Assembly: GCF_028641065.1 (NCBI RefSeq)
Contig: NC_073377.1
Location: 160,642,001-160,706,000, forward strand
Length of the DNA stretch: 64,000 nt
From: Leucoraja erinacea
Taxonomy: Eukaryota
Direction: 5' to 3'
The notes below the pieces were generated by a model that worked only from the letters and a program-made list of their open reading frames with translations, made no database searches and was not told where the DNA came from. Within the stretch, counting starts at the first letter, position 1; each line of letters begins with the position of its first letter. Shown here one piece after another: positions 36,021 to 48,285 of this stretch. A program made the translations under genes and the position numbers.

Positions 36021-37344
36021 ATTTCTGAAATATTGGTCATAAATTTGGTGCAAAAATGCTCCAAAATAAGGCTCAGAATGCATCAGAGAGCATCTAAAAC
36101 CCCTGAGCTTCCAGGGCCCTTAAGCGAGCCCTGGACCCCGGCATCGAGGGACTTCACGCTTCGCGCTCATGATGCACACTATTTCACATTAATTTTTTTG
36201 TAATCCTGTCATGCAACCCCCCTTTTTGGAAAGCTTCGTACGGGCCTGAGTAGGATTATGCTTGTGCAGGTCAGTTGAAGTATAATACCTGTGCCTGAAC
36301 CTAGTGCCTGATGGTAGCAGTGAGAAGATGTGGATGGTGGAGATCCTTGATGATAGATACAATTTTACACCCCGACTATCATCAAAAGTGAAAAATATTT
36401 GACTTTGCCCTTGTTTAATCCTATCAATTACATGAATCTTTTGTGCATTTGTTTTTGACCTCTTTGTTAGAGAAAATGCATATTTCCCATTTACTTTATC
36501 TTGGCTAACTATTTCCTTTAGACATAGAGGAACCCCTTAACTGAGTAGCTCTTAGAGCAGACCTATCAATCCCATTTCCTCACTTGTTGCCCAGTAATCT
36601 ATTTTCTCTCTGATTTTTCTGCCACCCACCATTAATTATCCATAAGTGGATATTTAGCTCGTGAGAGGAGGAAACCAGAGCAACTAGGAAATACTTCCCC
36701 AGGAAAACATGCAAATTTCACTCACTTGACAGTCCCCTCACCTCCTCTCTGTTGTAAAGAAACCAACCATAGTTCATCCAACATCAGCTGCTGCTCATGT
36801 TCCGAAAATATGAAACTCCGGCTCCGCCAACTAATGGTACTTCCTGTACCTTCAGTTGAGCAGGACATGGGAAGTTTTGTCAAATTCCCACTTGGTACAG
36901 GATGTGCATTCCACAGATCTGAAGTGCCTTTCCATGCCTTTCTATTTATTTGATTAGTTCACCAGATACCAGAATAGTACCTTTTCCTCCCACTGCATTC
37001 CCACACTGATCAAAATCCAGAAGCAGTACTCTGTAAATGTGGTCTCTATGCTACTGGCTGGTGCATTAGCAAATCTCTTGTGTATTTACACCAGCAGTCA
37101 TTTCAAAAACACGAGTTGGTAGTTAGTAACCAGTTCTAGCTAACCTTTGACTTAATTGTGCAACTGCTAGGAATAAGATACTTGTTTACTAGCGACTAAC
37201 AATGTAAAAGAAACTACAAGTTACAAATTACAATTGTATTCAATACCAAATGTGTTTTACACAATTCCAGAATAATCTCAGCTCTTGTATGCTACTTTGG
37301 CGAGACAAGTCAGTTCAGTTAAGTAAAATTCTTTATTTTAAACG

Positions 37345-37811
37345 ATAACATAGAAACATAGAAAATAGGTGCAGGAGTAGGCCATTCAGCCCTTCGAGCC
37401 TTCACCACCATTCAATATGATCATGGCTGATTATCCAACTCAGTATCCTGTACCTGCCTTCTCTCCATACCCCCCTGATACCTTTAGCCACAAGGGCCAC
37501 ATCTAACTCCTTCTTAAATATAGCCAATGAACTGGCTTCAACTACCTTCTGTGGCAGAGAATTCCAGAGATTCACCACTCTCCGTGTGAAAAATGTTTTT
37601 CTCATCTCGGTCCTAAAAGATTTCCCCCTTATCCTTAAACTCTGACCCCTTGTTCTGGACTTCCATAAGAATTTTGTAAGTTTCCATAAGTTCCCCCCAC
37701 AATCTTCTAAATTCTAGTGAGTACAAGCCGAGTCTATCCAGTCTTTCTTCATATGAAAGTCCTGACATCCCAGGAATCAGTCTGGTGAACCTTCTCCGTA
37801 CTCCCTCTATA
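37345..37811 (-). mobile_element. CR1 (HER1-like) 3' end with (tttctatg)n tail
   Basis: FFTRRVVNLWNSLPQKVVEASSL; near-identical to 44180-44690. Confidence 0.9.
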
Positions 37812-38024
37812 ACAAAGCGTTTAATTCAACCGCGTTTAGATCAGCCAAATAATACGAAGCTCCTTCTAACAGGGTGGAGCTTGAATGAAGACTATACAAA
37901 AACCCACGAAAACTACCCCCGCGATCACGTGATCGCGCCAGCCAATAGCGAGGGTTCGTTATGCCCCAAGCCACTGCTAGTTGCCGCTACACTCCCCTAA
38001 TAAAAGAAAGTATCACATTTACCT

Positions 38025-38430
38025 TTTGTTTTTGTTTGTTTTTTAATTTATATTTTTATTAGAAGCAGTGTACAAAAGTATTAAAAGTACAAAAGTATAT
38101 GACATAATACATTTATTGTACAGCTTCCATTTTAATTTTAACAAAGATGAAATAGAAAAAGAGAGAAAGAGCAGGAAAGAAAGAAAGTGAAAGAGAAAGT
38201 GAATGTGTAAGAATAGAACCCCTAAACTACAAAATGAGTGTAATCAAAGAGTGAGTAAAAACTTTAAAAAAATAAAAAGACAAAAACGAAAAAAAAGAAA
38301 AAAAAAGTGTTGATATACCAGCTTCATTTCTCACCACACCCATCACCCAGTCCGTAAATCGGTTCAATTCCGAAGTTGTGTTGCACCATACTATCCTTGT
38401 AATGAATCAATGAAAGGATTCCCCCATTTA
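38025..38430 (-). mobile_element. L1/Tx1-clade LINE 3' end with polyA tail
   Basis: Minus strand encodes ..PFIDSLQG* followed by a T-rich UTR, cttctaataaaa and an A-rich tail. Homologous to 51235-51808. Confidence 0.65.
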
Positions 38431-38656
38431 CCTTTTGAACTATTTCATTGACCAACTGTGCTAGCTTTAAGCATAGTGGATATACATTCCAGGGGCTCTC
38501 CATTTTTCCCACACCTCTCAGTATCTTCCCATTTATTATATATTCCCTTGCCCTATCATACACCTACTGGAAACTCACATATCTTCTTCATTCTTAATAT
38601 GTCCGCTTCCCTTGGCATCTTTAGTGGGCAGCATTGCCCTGAGAATTAGGTTCAGC

Positions 38657-39331
38657 TGAAAAAGTTGCTTATATAACTACTAAACAGGTTTGCTTCTTAA
38701 TAAACAGACAACTCACAAACGTTTGGTAGACCAGTTCAAAACTTTACTAATCATCGGCCGATGGAAGGGAGGGAGAACTCTGGTCAAGTGAGCAATACAG
38801 ACACTTCACTGTCTTCAGTCCACTTCTCCGAACAACAGAATGACATTGTATTATACAGTGTTGTTTTGTCACCTTAGCACATTCCACAGACATTAGACAT
38901 GGTCAGAGATCCAGGAAAAAGGTTTCTACAGAATGCATCACATCAAAGGCATTTTGTCATATGGTACAAGATATTTTACATTTTAAAGAGATCAGACATT
39001 TGTCATTGCCCCTTAATGAGATCGATCTAGCTACTTCTCTGCTTCCTTTCTCACAGACATCGGACATTTGGTGCAAGGCATCTTACATATCAAAGAGATC
39101 AGCCATTTGTTATTGCCCCTTAATGAGATCAATCTAGCTTCTCCTCTGCTCCCTCTCTCGTCACTTGGGAGACCAATGTTATAATATTCATTATCTCAAT
39201 ACACAGCAACCTGAGGCAAGCCTAAACTTGCCTTTCTGTATTATTCTACTGGAGAAAAGCCTAATTTGAGACTAAATATAAGCTGTAAGCTAGCCCAGGA
39301 ACCAATTTAATATCTTCTTATATTTTTAACA
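38657..39331 (-). mobile_element. Solo LTR (retrovirus-like), 675 bp, with an internal tandem duplication of about 107 bp
   Basis: TG...CA ends flanked by gTTCAGC and aTTCAGC. Minus strand has TATAATA (about 38850) upstream of AGTAAA (about 38745). 38960-39050 repeats at 39068-39159. Confidence 0.7.
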
Positions 39332-39749
39332 ATTCAGCCTTATCACAGCGATGCAAGGGTTGCTTACTTATTATGTGACTTCAGAATGCTCCAGATGAGC
39401 GTTGTCATGAAGGGAAGCATAGCACTGTGAGGATATCATGTAGAATGCCTTCAGCCTTCCTGTGGTACGAAGCTGCCATCTCCACGAGTCCAAGCGTGAA
39501 CTACAACACAGAGACATTGTCATTATTTCCTGTGTGCTCAATAATCTCACCAACAGATGCCTGAACCAATCCAGCCGAGAGATGAAGCACAAGAGGAACA
39601 GGAACCATATGAAGGCAACCAGCAGGACAGAAAAAGTACTTTGATTCTCACCTCCCAATGCTTTCCAATATCCAAGTCCACATAGGAAGAAGAAAGAGCA
39701 CAGAAAAACAAAATGCCACTCCCTACAGATATGGTTCCCTTCAAATACT

Positions 39750-41090
39750 ATCATAGACCCATACAGTACAGAAACAGGCCCCTCAGCCCAAGATGCCCCA
39801 TCCAGGCTGGTCCCATTTGCCCATGTTTAACCCATTTCTCTCTAAACCTTTCTTATTCATGTACTTATCCAAGGTACTAATGTTCTAGTTCTGTAATGGG
39901 TATAGCTTGGACCCAATAGCAGCACAGAATCAGGCAGGTATAATTGGTGATGAACTTTATTACGATACTGTAACACAGAGTAGTAACACAGGAATGGGTA
40001 CACCGTCCTCACACAGAGGCTCAGGATTGAGCGAGGGTTCCGAAGAGGGGCAGGCAGGAGACGTAGTCGGGGTAGTGGAAGGTCCGGTAACCAGGAGATC
40101 CAACACACGATCCAAACAAACCAGCGAGGGACAGATGAAAGGAGTCGAAGCCAGGCAGGAAGTTGAGGAGCCGTTGCAGGGATGCACCAAACAGCCCAGG
40201 CGAGAGGCAGACAGAAACCAGGAGGTACGGGACGAAGGTCGTGGACAGAAGGCTGAGGTGATATCCGGGAAGACGACAGGACGGAATGGTCGGGCAGGCA
40301 GGTTTGAATCCGTGTAGGCAGTCAGGAAATCGCTGGAGAGTCTTGCATGACTGCTGAGAACAATCTGGCACTGTGTGAACAGTGAGGAGAGTATATACCG
40401 GGTTAATTGGTGATCAGAGGCAACTGAGTGCAACAGGTGAGGAGAGTTGGGCTGATGAGAAGGGAGTAGCAGGCAGGCAGGTGAGGAGAAGGAGGGACAG
40501 TGGAAAAGTACTGGGAGGTGAAGTGGATGAGAATGAGGAGAGGGCAGACTGTGACAAGTTCTTGTCTTAACTACCTCCTCTGACAGCTTGTTTCATATAC
40601 CCATCATTCTCTGAGTGAAAGTTGCCCATCAGGTTCCTATTAAATCTATCCCCCTCTCACCTTAAATTTGTATCCTCTGGCTCTTGATTCCCCGACCCAT
40701 TCACCCTATCAATTCCCATCATGATTTTATACACCTCTTTAAGATCAATCCTCAGCCTCCTGTGCTCCAAGGAATAAAGTCCTAGCCTGCCCAATGTTTT
40801 CCTGTAGCTCAGGCCCTTGTCCTAGCAATGTCTTTGTAAATCTCTTCGGCACCCTTTCAAGCTTAACAACATCCTTCTTAAAGCATGTTGACACAACCAA
40901 AACAAAAACATGTTGATGAACACAATACTCTAAATGCAGCCTCACCAATGCCCTATACAACTGCAGCATAATGTCCCAACGTCTATATTTAATACCCTGA
41001 TTAATGAAGGCCCATATACCAAAAGGCTTCTTTGCCACCCTATCTATACGTGATGCCACTTTTAGGTACCTTTACCTGTACTTCCGAAAA
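39750..41090 (-). mobile_element. CR1 3' portion interrupted by a solo LTR
   Basis: LQLYRALVRLHLEYCV..KDVVKLERV; the CR1 3' tail lies at 39750-39875. Confidence 0.8.
39892..40556 (-). mobile_element. Gypsy-type solo LTR, 665 bp, perfect 5-bp TSD
   Basis: AGTTC|TGTAATG...TGTGACA|AGTTC. Minus strand has TATATA at about 40392-40397 and AATAAA at 39956-39961. Confidence 0.88.
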
Positions 41091-41347
41091 CTATAACTAC
41101 TCTGAATTCAAATTCACACATGCACTGACTTCACAGCCCAACACCCGGACTTCCATCTGTATATATGTATATATGTATGTAGCGCCGCAAAATTGTGCAC
41201 CTATCCCCCCCCCCTTCTCCCTTCTGTTTTTGTTTTTCTGTTTCTTGTTTTTTGTGCTAAATTGTATGTATGCACTGAGTACGAGCAGCTTTCAGTTTCA
41301 CTGTACATGTATAGTGACAATAAATGGCATATCATATCATATCATAC
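41090..41347 (+). mobile_element. Rex1-type 3' end with (ATATC)n tail
   Basis: tttcactgtacatgtatagtgacaataaa followed by catatcatatcatatcata. Confidence 0.65.
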
Positions 41348-42029
41348 TCCTAGATACCTCAGCTTCACAACGCTCCCCTGGGCACTGCCATTCATTGTAA
41401 AGGCCCTGTATTGTATACATGCAGCTACATTACTTTCAACACATTAAAATAAAATCATCCCAAGTTCAAACCATCACTATGAACTGCGTGGCACTTATTA
41501 TTTCAGGATGGTACATCGTATATAACACCCCTTTTCAATCTGCGCACGTTATGTTTCCTTGTAGAAGAGCTATTTGGCAAATGGTCCAAAAGTCAAATGT
41601 CTCTTCTCATTTATCTGACTAGCAAATCTGTGATGGTCATCTAATAGCTGCCCAGCAACAGCTGAGGATAATGGTATTTAAATATATTCAGTTGCATTGA
41701 GTGGAGAAGATAATAATCTACATTGAGGGCTTTAACAATCCAAGCCTTCAAACAGCTCCCATACTTGAATAGCCTCTTATATTATGTCCAGATTGCCCAC
41801 CCTTCGTGCAGTATTGGTTCTCATTTAGCACATGTTGGACAAGATGAGGACTTGGGATCCTCTGGCACTCGCATTTCATTACTGCCTGACTTGAAAACAC
41901 AACCACTGTCCTTGTCAACTTTCGACTGCTACTTAATCCCTGGGTGTGCCTGTTTCCCAGATCAAATTCTCATGAAAACATTTCTTTTTTTGCTGAAAAT
42001 TTGGAATATTTGCAATATTCATGTGTGAT

Positions 42030-42843
42030 GGTGATGGAGATGGTGGTTGACTTCAGGAGGGCGGGAAAACAACACCAAACACCTCTGCACATCGATGGAG
42101 CTGATGTGGAAAGGGTCAGCAGCGTGATGTTCCGAGGACTCCACCTGTCAGATGACCTGACGTCCACGACCAACACCACAGCATTGGTCAAGAGAGCCCA
42201 GCAGCGACTACACCCTCTCCGAAGACTACGGAAAGCAGGTCTCCCCATTACACACCTACGAACTTTTTATAGGGGGACAATCGAGAGCACATTAACCTAC
42301 GGCATCACTTCCTGGTTCGGGAGCTGCAAGGCGTACGAACGGCACCAACTAGACAGGATTGTGAAGACCGCCAGCAGGATTATTGGTGCTCCACTCCCTT
42401 TCCTGCTGGACATATCCAGGAAGAGATGTATCAGCAGAGCCATCTCCATCATCAAAGACCCCTACCACCCATCGCATCACATATTCTCCATCCTGCCATC
42501 TGGGAAGAGGTACAGGAGCATTAGCTGCAAAACCAGCAGGATGCTCCTCAGCTTCTTCCCGCAGGCTATAAGACTGCTAAACAGACTTTGCCCCCTGCCA
42601 AAGCATCGCGCACCAACCTGGACACACTGCAGCAGAGCCACTGTCGTGCCGCTGCCGATCTTAACGCTTGTTGATGTTTAGTAGAGAGTAGAGTGTTTAA
42701 TTTGTTCATGATATATGTATTTTTATTTCTATTTATTTTTTACTGCACACTGAATGGACACTGGTTGAGCAACGTTTTTTTGTTTCCTCTGAGTATGTGA
42801 GTACTCAGGAAAATGACAATAAAGATATACTATACCATACTAT
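42030..42843 (+). mobile_element. Rex1/Babar LINE, 5'-truncated, ORF C-terminus open (about 42034-42681)
   Basis: EMVVDFRR..VERVSS..GLHLSDDL..KRAQQRL..FYRGTIES..LPSGKRYRS..SFFPQAIRLLN; tgacaataaa plus a (tatac) tail. Confidence 0.88.
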
Positions 42844-43582
42844 TCCAATTCTAGATCAAAATCTCTGTTGAGGATTCTTTAGCTAAACTACTGGATACGG
42901 ACATAATTGCTGCTGTTCTCTCCCCATCTCCGTTTACTGCTGTTACAACGTTCGTTTCACCTGGTGGTTTAAAAATCTGTTATTGCTCTGTAAACGGGGT
43001 CATGAAATCTGATGAGATTATTGTGTTGCAAATTTGCATTTAGACTCAAAGAAGATCAGTTTCGGAATGCCATTGCAAATGCATAGAATGGTTTAAATCC
43101 ATAAGAGGAATCTCACTCTCCTGCTGTGAAGTGTGATGTGAAGCACGTGGTAATCCTTCTGGGATTGTTTAAAAGGTGTTGTAATTCGAATATTACAAAC
43201 TCCTTCTGATGGCTGGAGGACCCACAAATTAAAGTGGCTTTGCATGGTGTTACGCAGAATGAAAACTACTGAACTGTTATTGATGCGCCGTGAACAGTGC
43301 AGTTATGATAACTGGCATTGAGAATGAAACATATTAACCAGGTTTGTAACAGGAGCAAATGGTGCTTGCTTTTCACGAGTTTCATCATTCTTTAAGATCA
43401 CTCCAATATGTAAACATCATGATAAAGTCATCAGCATTTGTAAAGATAGGAATGTTAATTATTACAATATTGTACATTCTACTTTATTTGACTGCATTTT
43501 ATATATCTATCAGTCACTTTAAGGAGAAGTGATGCAGTCGTCTTTGATATTTGCATGAGATGCTCTGATTTTATTGTTGTCA

Positions 43583-43600
43583 TCTCCCTCTAGTGGTCAG
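43583..43600 (-). promoter_or_regulatory. Candidate CTCF binding site in unique sequence
   Basis: Minus strand CTGACCACTAGAGGGAGA matches the CCASYAGRKGGCR core with one mismatch. Confidence 0.45.
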
Positions 43601-44179
43601 ATGTTGAATTGAACTGTTTTCATTCGATGTTGCTACATGCAAAAGGGTACAATTATGAGAGGTAGTCGCACCCCATTTAGTTCTACCCACATAGTACTGA
43701 TTTGTTGTACAGCTCCTGGTCTTCCAGTTAAACACTCGCAGATATATACTTTAGAAAATACATCCACCCATGGTGTATGTTGTTGTGCTAGCGAACCCTT
43801 GCCCTTCCCTTGGTGCATACAATACAATAATACTTTATTAGCCAAGTATGTTTTGCAACATACGAGGAATTTACTGCTGTCATGGGAATCTGGTGTGAAC
43901 CTCTGCCCTCTAACGGCACTCTCGCAGCGCCTCTTCCATGTGTTGCCAGACTATCTTGATCCTACGATCTCTTTCGTCACCTCCTGGTGGATCAAACAGA
44001 AGCTGCTGATTTCCTCCTATTTACAGCTTTCTGCAGCCCAGAGATTACTCTGTTTGAATTTGTTACCATAGATAACATCACATTCAATGGGAGGTGATGA
44101 CATCACATGATCTGACTGGTCTTCCAACACAATGAGCAAGTGCTGCAAATCACGAGCAAAGCCCTTCATCCACATTACA

Positions 44180-44805
44180 TGGAAACATAGAAACATAGAA
44201 AACAGGTGCAGGAGTAGGTCATTCGGCCCTTCGAGCCTGCACCGCCATTCAATATGATCATGGCTGATCATCCAACTCAGTATCCCGTACCTGCTTTCTC
44301 TCCATACCCCCTGATCCCATTAGCCACAAGGGCCACATCTAACTCCCTCTTAAATATAGCCAATGAAGTTGCCTCAACTACATTCTGTGGCAGAGAATTC
44401 CAGAGATTCACCACTCTCTGTGTGAAAAATATATTTCTCATCTCGGTCCTAAAAGACTTCCCCCTTATCCTTAAACTGTGACCCCTTGTTCTGGACTTCC
44501 CCAACATCGGGAACAATCTTCCTGCATCTAGCCTGTCCAACCCCTTAAGAATTTTGTAAATTTCTATAAGATCCCCCCTTAATCTTCTAAATTCTAGCGA
44601 GTACAAGCCAAGTCTATCCAGTCTTTCTTCATCTGAAAGTCCTGCCATCCCAGGAATCAGTCTGGTGAACCTTCTCTGTACTCCCTCTATGGCAAGAATG
44701 TCTTTCCCCAGATTAGGAGACCAAAACTGTACGCAATACTACAGGTGTGGTCTCACCAAGACCCTGTACAACTGCAGTAGAACCTCCCTGCTCTTATACT
44801 CAAAT
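44180..44805 (-). mobile_element. CR1 (HER1-like) 3' end with little decay
   Basis: RLGLYSLEFRRLRGDLIEIYKILKG..TRGHSLRI..FTQRVVNLWNSLP is open; (tttctatg)n tail. Confidence 0.92.
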
Positions 44806-45094
44806 TACTGGCCAAGGTACAGCTCTGGCCCTCCTGTTGCAGCACCAAGTGACTGCACTGCTCATAATGCTCACCCAAGGCCTGACATCCCCAGCCAAGG
44901 GTGCTTTATTACTGAGAAAGTAGTTGTGGAAGGCAGGAGTTCCCACCAGTTGTAGCACACAGCAGTAGGAGGGTGTGGGTGGTGGGGCACAGGCCTTGCA
45001 CTGGGATCTCCGGACAGCTGAGCCCAGCAAAGGAAAGGACAAAGGTTTGTGCCAGGTTCACAGGAACAACAGCCTAGTCAACAACACGTATAGA

Positions 45095-45632
45095 TACATG
45101 TAGGAAGGAACTGCAGATGCTGTTCTACAGTGAAGATGGGCACAGAAAGCTGGTTTAACTCAGCAAGTTCGGAAGCATCACCGGAGAAAAGGGTTAGATG
45201 ACATTTCGAGTTGAGATCCTTCTTCAGACGGAGAGTCCGGGGAAAGGGAAATGAGAGATATAGAAGGTAAATAGAACAAATGAATGAAAGATATGCAAAA
45301 AGCTATGACCATCAAGGAACGTGGTGCCCACAATGGTCCATTGTTGGCTGTAGGGTAGCTGATAACGAGTTATACAGACAGTGAAACGCAACGGGATGAC
45401 AGTGAAACTAGTGCAACGACTAGGGTGGGGGAAGGACGGAGAGAGAGGGGGGATGCAAGGGTCATTTGAAGTTAGAGAAATTAATATTCATACCGCTGGG
45501 TTGCAAGGTGTCCAAACAAAATATGAGGTGCTCTTCCTCCAATTTGCATTTGGCCTCACTCTGACAATTGAGGAGCTCAGAACAAACAGGTTAGTATGGG
45601 AATGGGAAGGGGAGTTAAAATGTTTGGCAACT
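45095..45632 (-). mobile_element. Penelope-like element 3' part with GIY-YIG end and hammerhead motif
   Basis: Minus strand encodes ..KLEEEHLIFCLDTLQPSGMNINF; gtCTGAAGAaggatctcaactcGAAAtgtc at about 45199-45229. Confidence 0.8.
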
Positions 45633-45764
45633 AAATTATTCAGGTTTTATTTCAATACATTCCTAATGAGAATTCCAAAATGCTCTGTGGTCCTGAATGA
45701 GACTTGGAGTATGGGGTATTAGTTACAGGGAGAGGTTGGACAGAATTGGATTGTTCTCTCTGGA

Positions 45765-46392
45765 CTTTCAGAAAGCATTTGATAAGGTCCCACATAGGAG
45801 ATTAGCGGGCAAAATTGGGGCACATGGTATTGGTGGTAGAGTGCTGACATGGATAGAGAAGTGAATGGCAGACAGGAAACAAAGAGTAGGGATTAACGGG
45901 TCCCTTTCACAATGGCAGGCAGTGACTAGTGGGGTACCGCAAGCCTCAGTGCTGGGACCGCAGCTATTTACAATATACATCAATGATTTGGATGAAGTGA
46001 TTCAAAGTAACATTAGCAAATTTGCAGATGACACAAAGCTGGGTGGCAATGTGAACTGTGAGGAGGATGCTATGAGAATGCAGGGTGACTCGGACAGGTT
46101 GGGGGAGCGGGCAGATGCATGGCAGATGAAGTTCAAAGTGGATAAATGTGAGGTTATCCACTTTGGTAGCAAAAACAGGAAGGCAGATTACTATCTAAAT
46201 GGCGTCAAGTTGGGAAAAGGGGAAGTACAACGGGATCTGGGGGTCCTTGTACATCAGTCTATGAAAGTAAGCATGGAGGCACAGCAGGCAATGAAGAAAG
46301 CGAATGGCATGTTGGCCTTCATAACAAGAGGAATCGAATATAGGAACAAAGAGGTCCTTCTGCAGTTGTACAGAGCCCTAGTGAGACCCACA
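45765..46392 (+). mobile_element. CR1 RT internal fragment
   Basis: DFQKAFDKVPH, SGVPQASVLGPQLF, KFADDTKL, RDLGVLV and [10 protein letters not shown]. Confidence 0.92.
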
Positions 46393-46731
46393 CCATCCTG
46401 GTCACACACTCATCTCCCTGCTACCTTCAGGTAGAAGGTACAGGAGCCTGAAGACTGCAACAACCAGGTTCAGGAATAGCTACTTCCCCACAGCCATCAG
46501 GCTATTAAACCTGGCTCGGACAAAACTCTGAACATTAATAACCCATTTTCTGTTATTTGCACTTTATCAGTTTATTTATTCATGTGTGTATATATTTATA
46601 TCATGGTATATGGACACACTGATCTGTTCTGTAGTCAATGCCTACTGTGTTCTGTGTGCTGAAGCAAAGCAAGAATTTCATTGTCCTATACAGGGACACA
46701 TGACAATAAACTCACTTGAACTTGAACTTGA
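46393..46731 (+). mobile_element. Rex1 3' end with (TTGAAC)n tail
   Basis: LPSGRRYRS...; same subfamily tail as 23680-23878. Confidence 0.85.
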
Positions 46732-47276
46732 GGTGAGGCAGAGGTTCACTTGCACTTCCTCCAACCTTTCCGCTGTTCCAGGTGTCAACTTCTGTACATC
46801 GGTGAGACCAAGCGCAGGCTTGGCGATCGTTTCGCAGAACACTCCTGCTCAGCCCACCTTAACCTACCTGATCTCCCGGTTTCTCAACACTTTAACACCC
46901 TCTCCCATTCCCAATCTGACCTTTCTGTCCTGGGCCTCCTCCATTGTCAGAGTGAGGCCCAGCGCAAATTGGTGGAACAGCACCTCATATTTTGCTTGGG
47001 TAGCTTACACCCCAGAGGTATGAACATTGACTTCTCTAATTTCAAATAGCCCTTGCTTTCCCTCTCTCTCTCCATCTCCTCCCCCTTCCCAGTTCTCCCA
47101 CCACTTACTGTCTCCGACTACATTCTATCTCTGTCCCTGACATCAGTCTGAAGAAGGGTCTCGACCCAAAACACCACCCATTCCTTCTCTCCAGAGATGC
47201 TGCCTGGCATGTTGAGTTACTCCAGCATTTTGTGTCTTCTTTTGATTTAAACTAGCATCTGCAGTTCTTTCCTGCA
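46732..47276 (+). mobile_element. Penelope-like element: GIY-YIG domain plus 3' end
   Basis: RCSRCQLLYIGETKRRLGDRFAEH..PVSQHFN..GMNIDF; CTGAAGA-agggtc-tc-gaccc-AAAA at 47148-47171. Confidence 0.88.
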
Positions 47277-47359
47277 CACCTTATCCTTTATAATGGACTC
47301 AAAAATATCGCCAGCCACCGAAGTCAGACTAACCGGCCTACACTATTCTGCTTTGTTTA

Positions 47360-48285
47360 AATTGCAGATTGAACCTTATCATGTTATGGTCACTACCTCC
47401 TCGTGGATCCTTTACCTTGAGTTCCCTTATCAAATGTTGTTCATTACCTAACACTAAATCCAGAATTGCCTTTTCCCTGGTAGGCTCCACTACATGCTGC
47501 TCCAAGAATCCATCTCGGAGACACTCCACAAATTCCCTTGTTTGGGGTCCAGTAGCAACCTGACTTTCCAAGTCTACCTGCATTTGAAATCTTCCATGAC
47601 CACCCTAGCATTGCCTATCTTACATGCCAATTGTATCTCCTGATGTATCTTATATCCTGGCTACTTGTTTGGGGGCCTGTAAATAACTCCAATTAGGGTC
47701 TTCCAAGTCTAACTGCATTTGAAATCTTCCATGACCACCCTAGCATTGCCTATCTTACATGCCAATTGTATCTCCTGATGTATCTTATATCCTGGCTACC
47801 TGTAAATAACTCCAATTAGGGTCTTTTTACCCTTACAATTTCTCAGCTCTGTCCACAATGCCTCCATATCTTCTGATCCTATGTCACCCCTCACTAAGGA
47901 CTGAATTTAATTCCTTACCAACAGAACTACCCCACCCTCTCTGCCCGATAGTACGTATAACTTTGAATATTCAGTTCCCAGCTCCGATCCTCTTGCAGCC
48001 ACGTCTCTGTAATTCCCACAACATCGGACCTACCAATTTCGAACTGTGCTACAAGCTCAACCATTATGTTTAATATACTACGCACATTCAAATACAATGC
48101 CTTTAATTCTGTATTCACCTCCCCGCTCACATCGGTCCCGATTTTACACGACCTTACTCTCTTATCCCTTCTTAAACTTTCCATCCTATTATTTCTGGAG
48201 ACTTCTGTGACTTTTCCTGCACTCTCTTTCTCTTTAACTCCACCTTGACACTTCCAATTTGTTGACCCCCACGATTTAGTTTAAA
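47360..48285 (-). mobile_element. CR1 APE-endonuclease region
   Basis: LYLNVRSI..DVVGITETWL..; EPTREKAILDLVL..GSDHNMI. Confidence 0.85.
47566..47823 (+). repeat. Near-perfect tandem duplication (135 bp plus 123 bp)
   Basis: 47566-47700 is repeated at 47701-47823 with one substitution and a 12-bp deletion. Confidence 0.92.

Larger units (their letters stand above)
33359..36248. mobile_element. Non-autonomous TIR DNA transposon (CA...TG ends, 5-bp TSD AGTAG) with an internal minisatellite and nested LINE fragments
   Basis: Left end CATGGCCGTTCGAA; right end reverse complement CAGGCCCGTACGAA. AGTAG at 33354-33358 and 36249-36253. The flanks rejoin into one minus-strand Rex1-type 3' end. Confidence 0.7.

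Noticed and set aside
39907-40433. Overlapping 116-157 aa ORFs
   Set aside because: They lie wholly inside a solo LTR and show no gag/pol motifs.
43637-44071. 144-aa ORF in mostly unique sequence
   Set aside because: It runs through a LINE tail remnant (caatacaataatactttatt) and has no motif or splice structure; a chance ORF.
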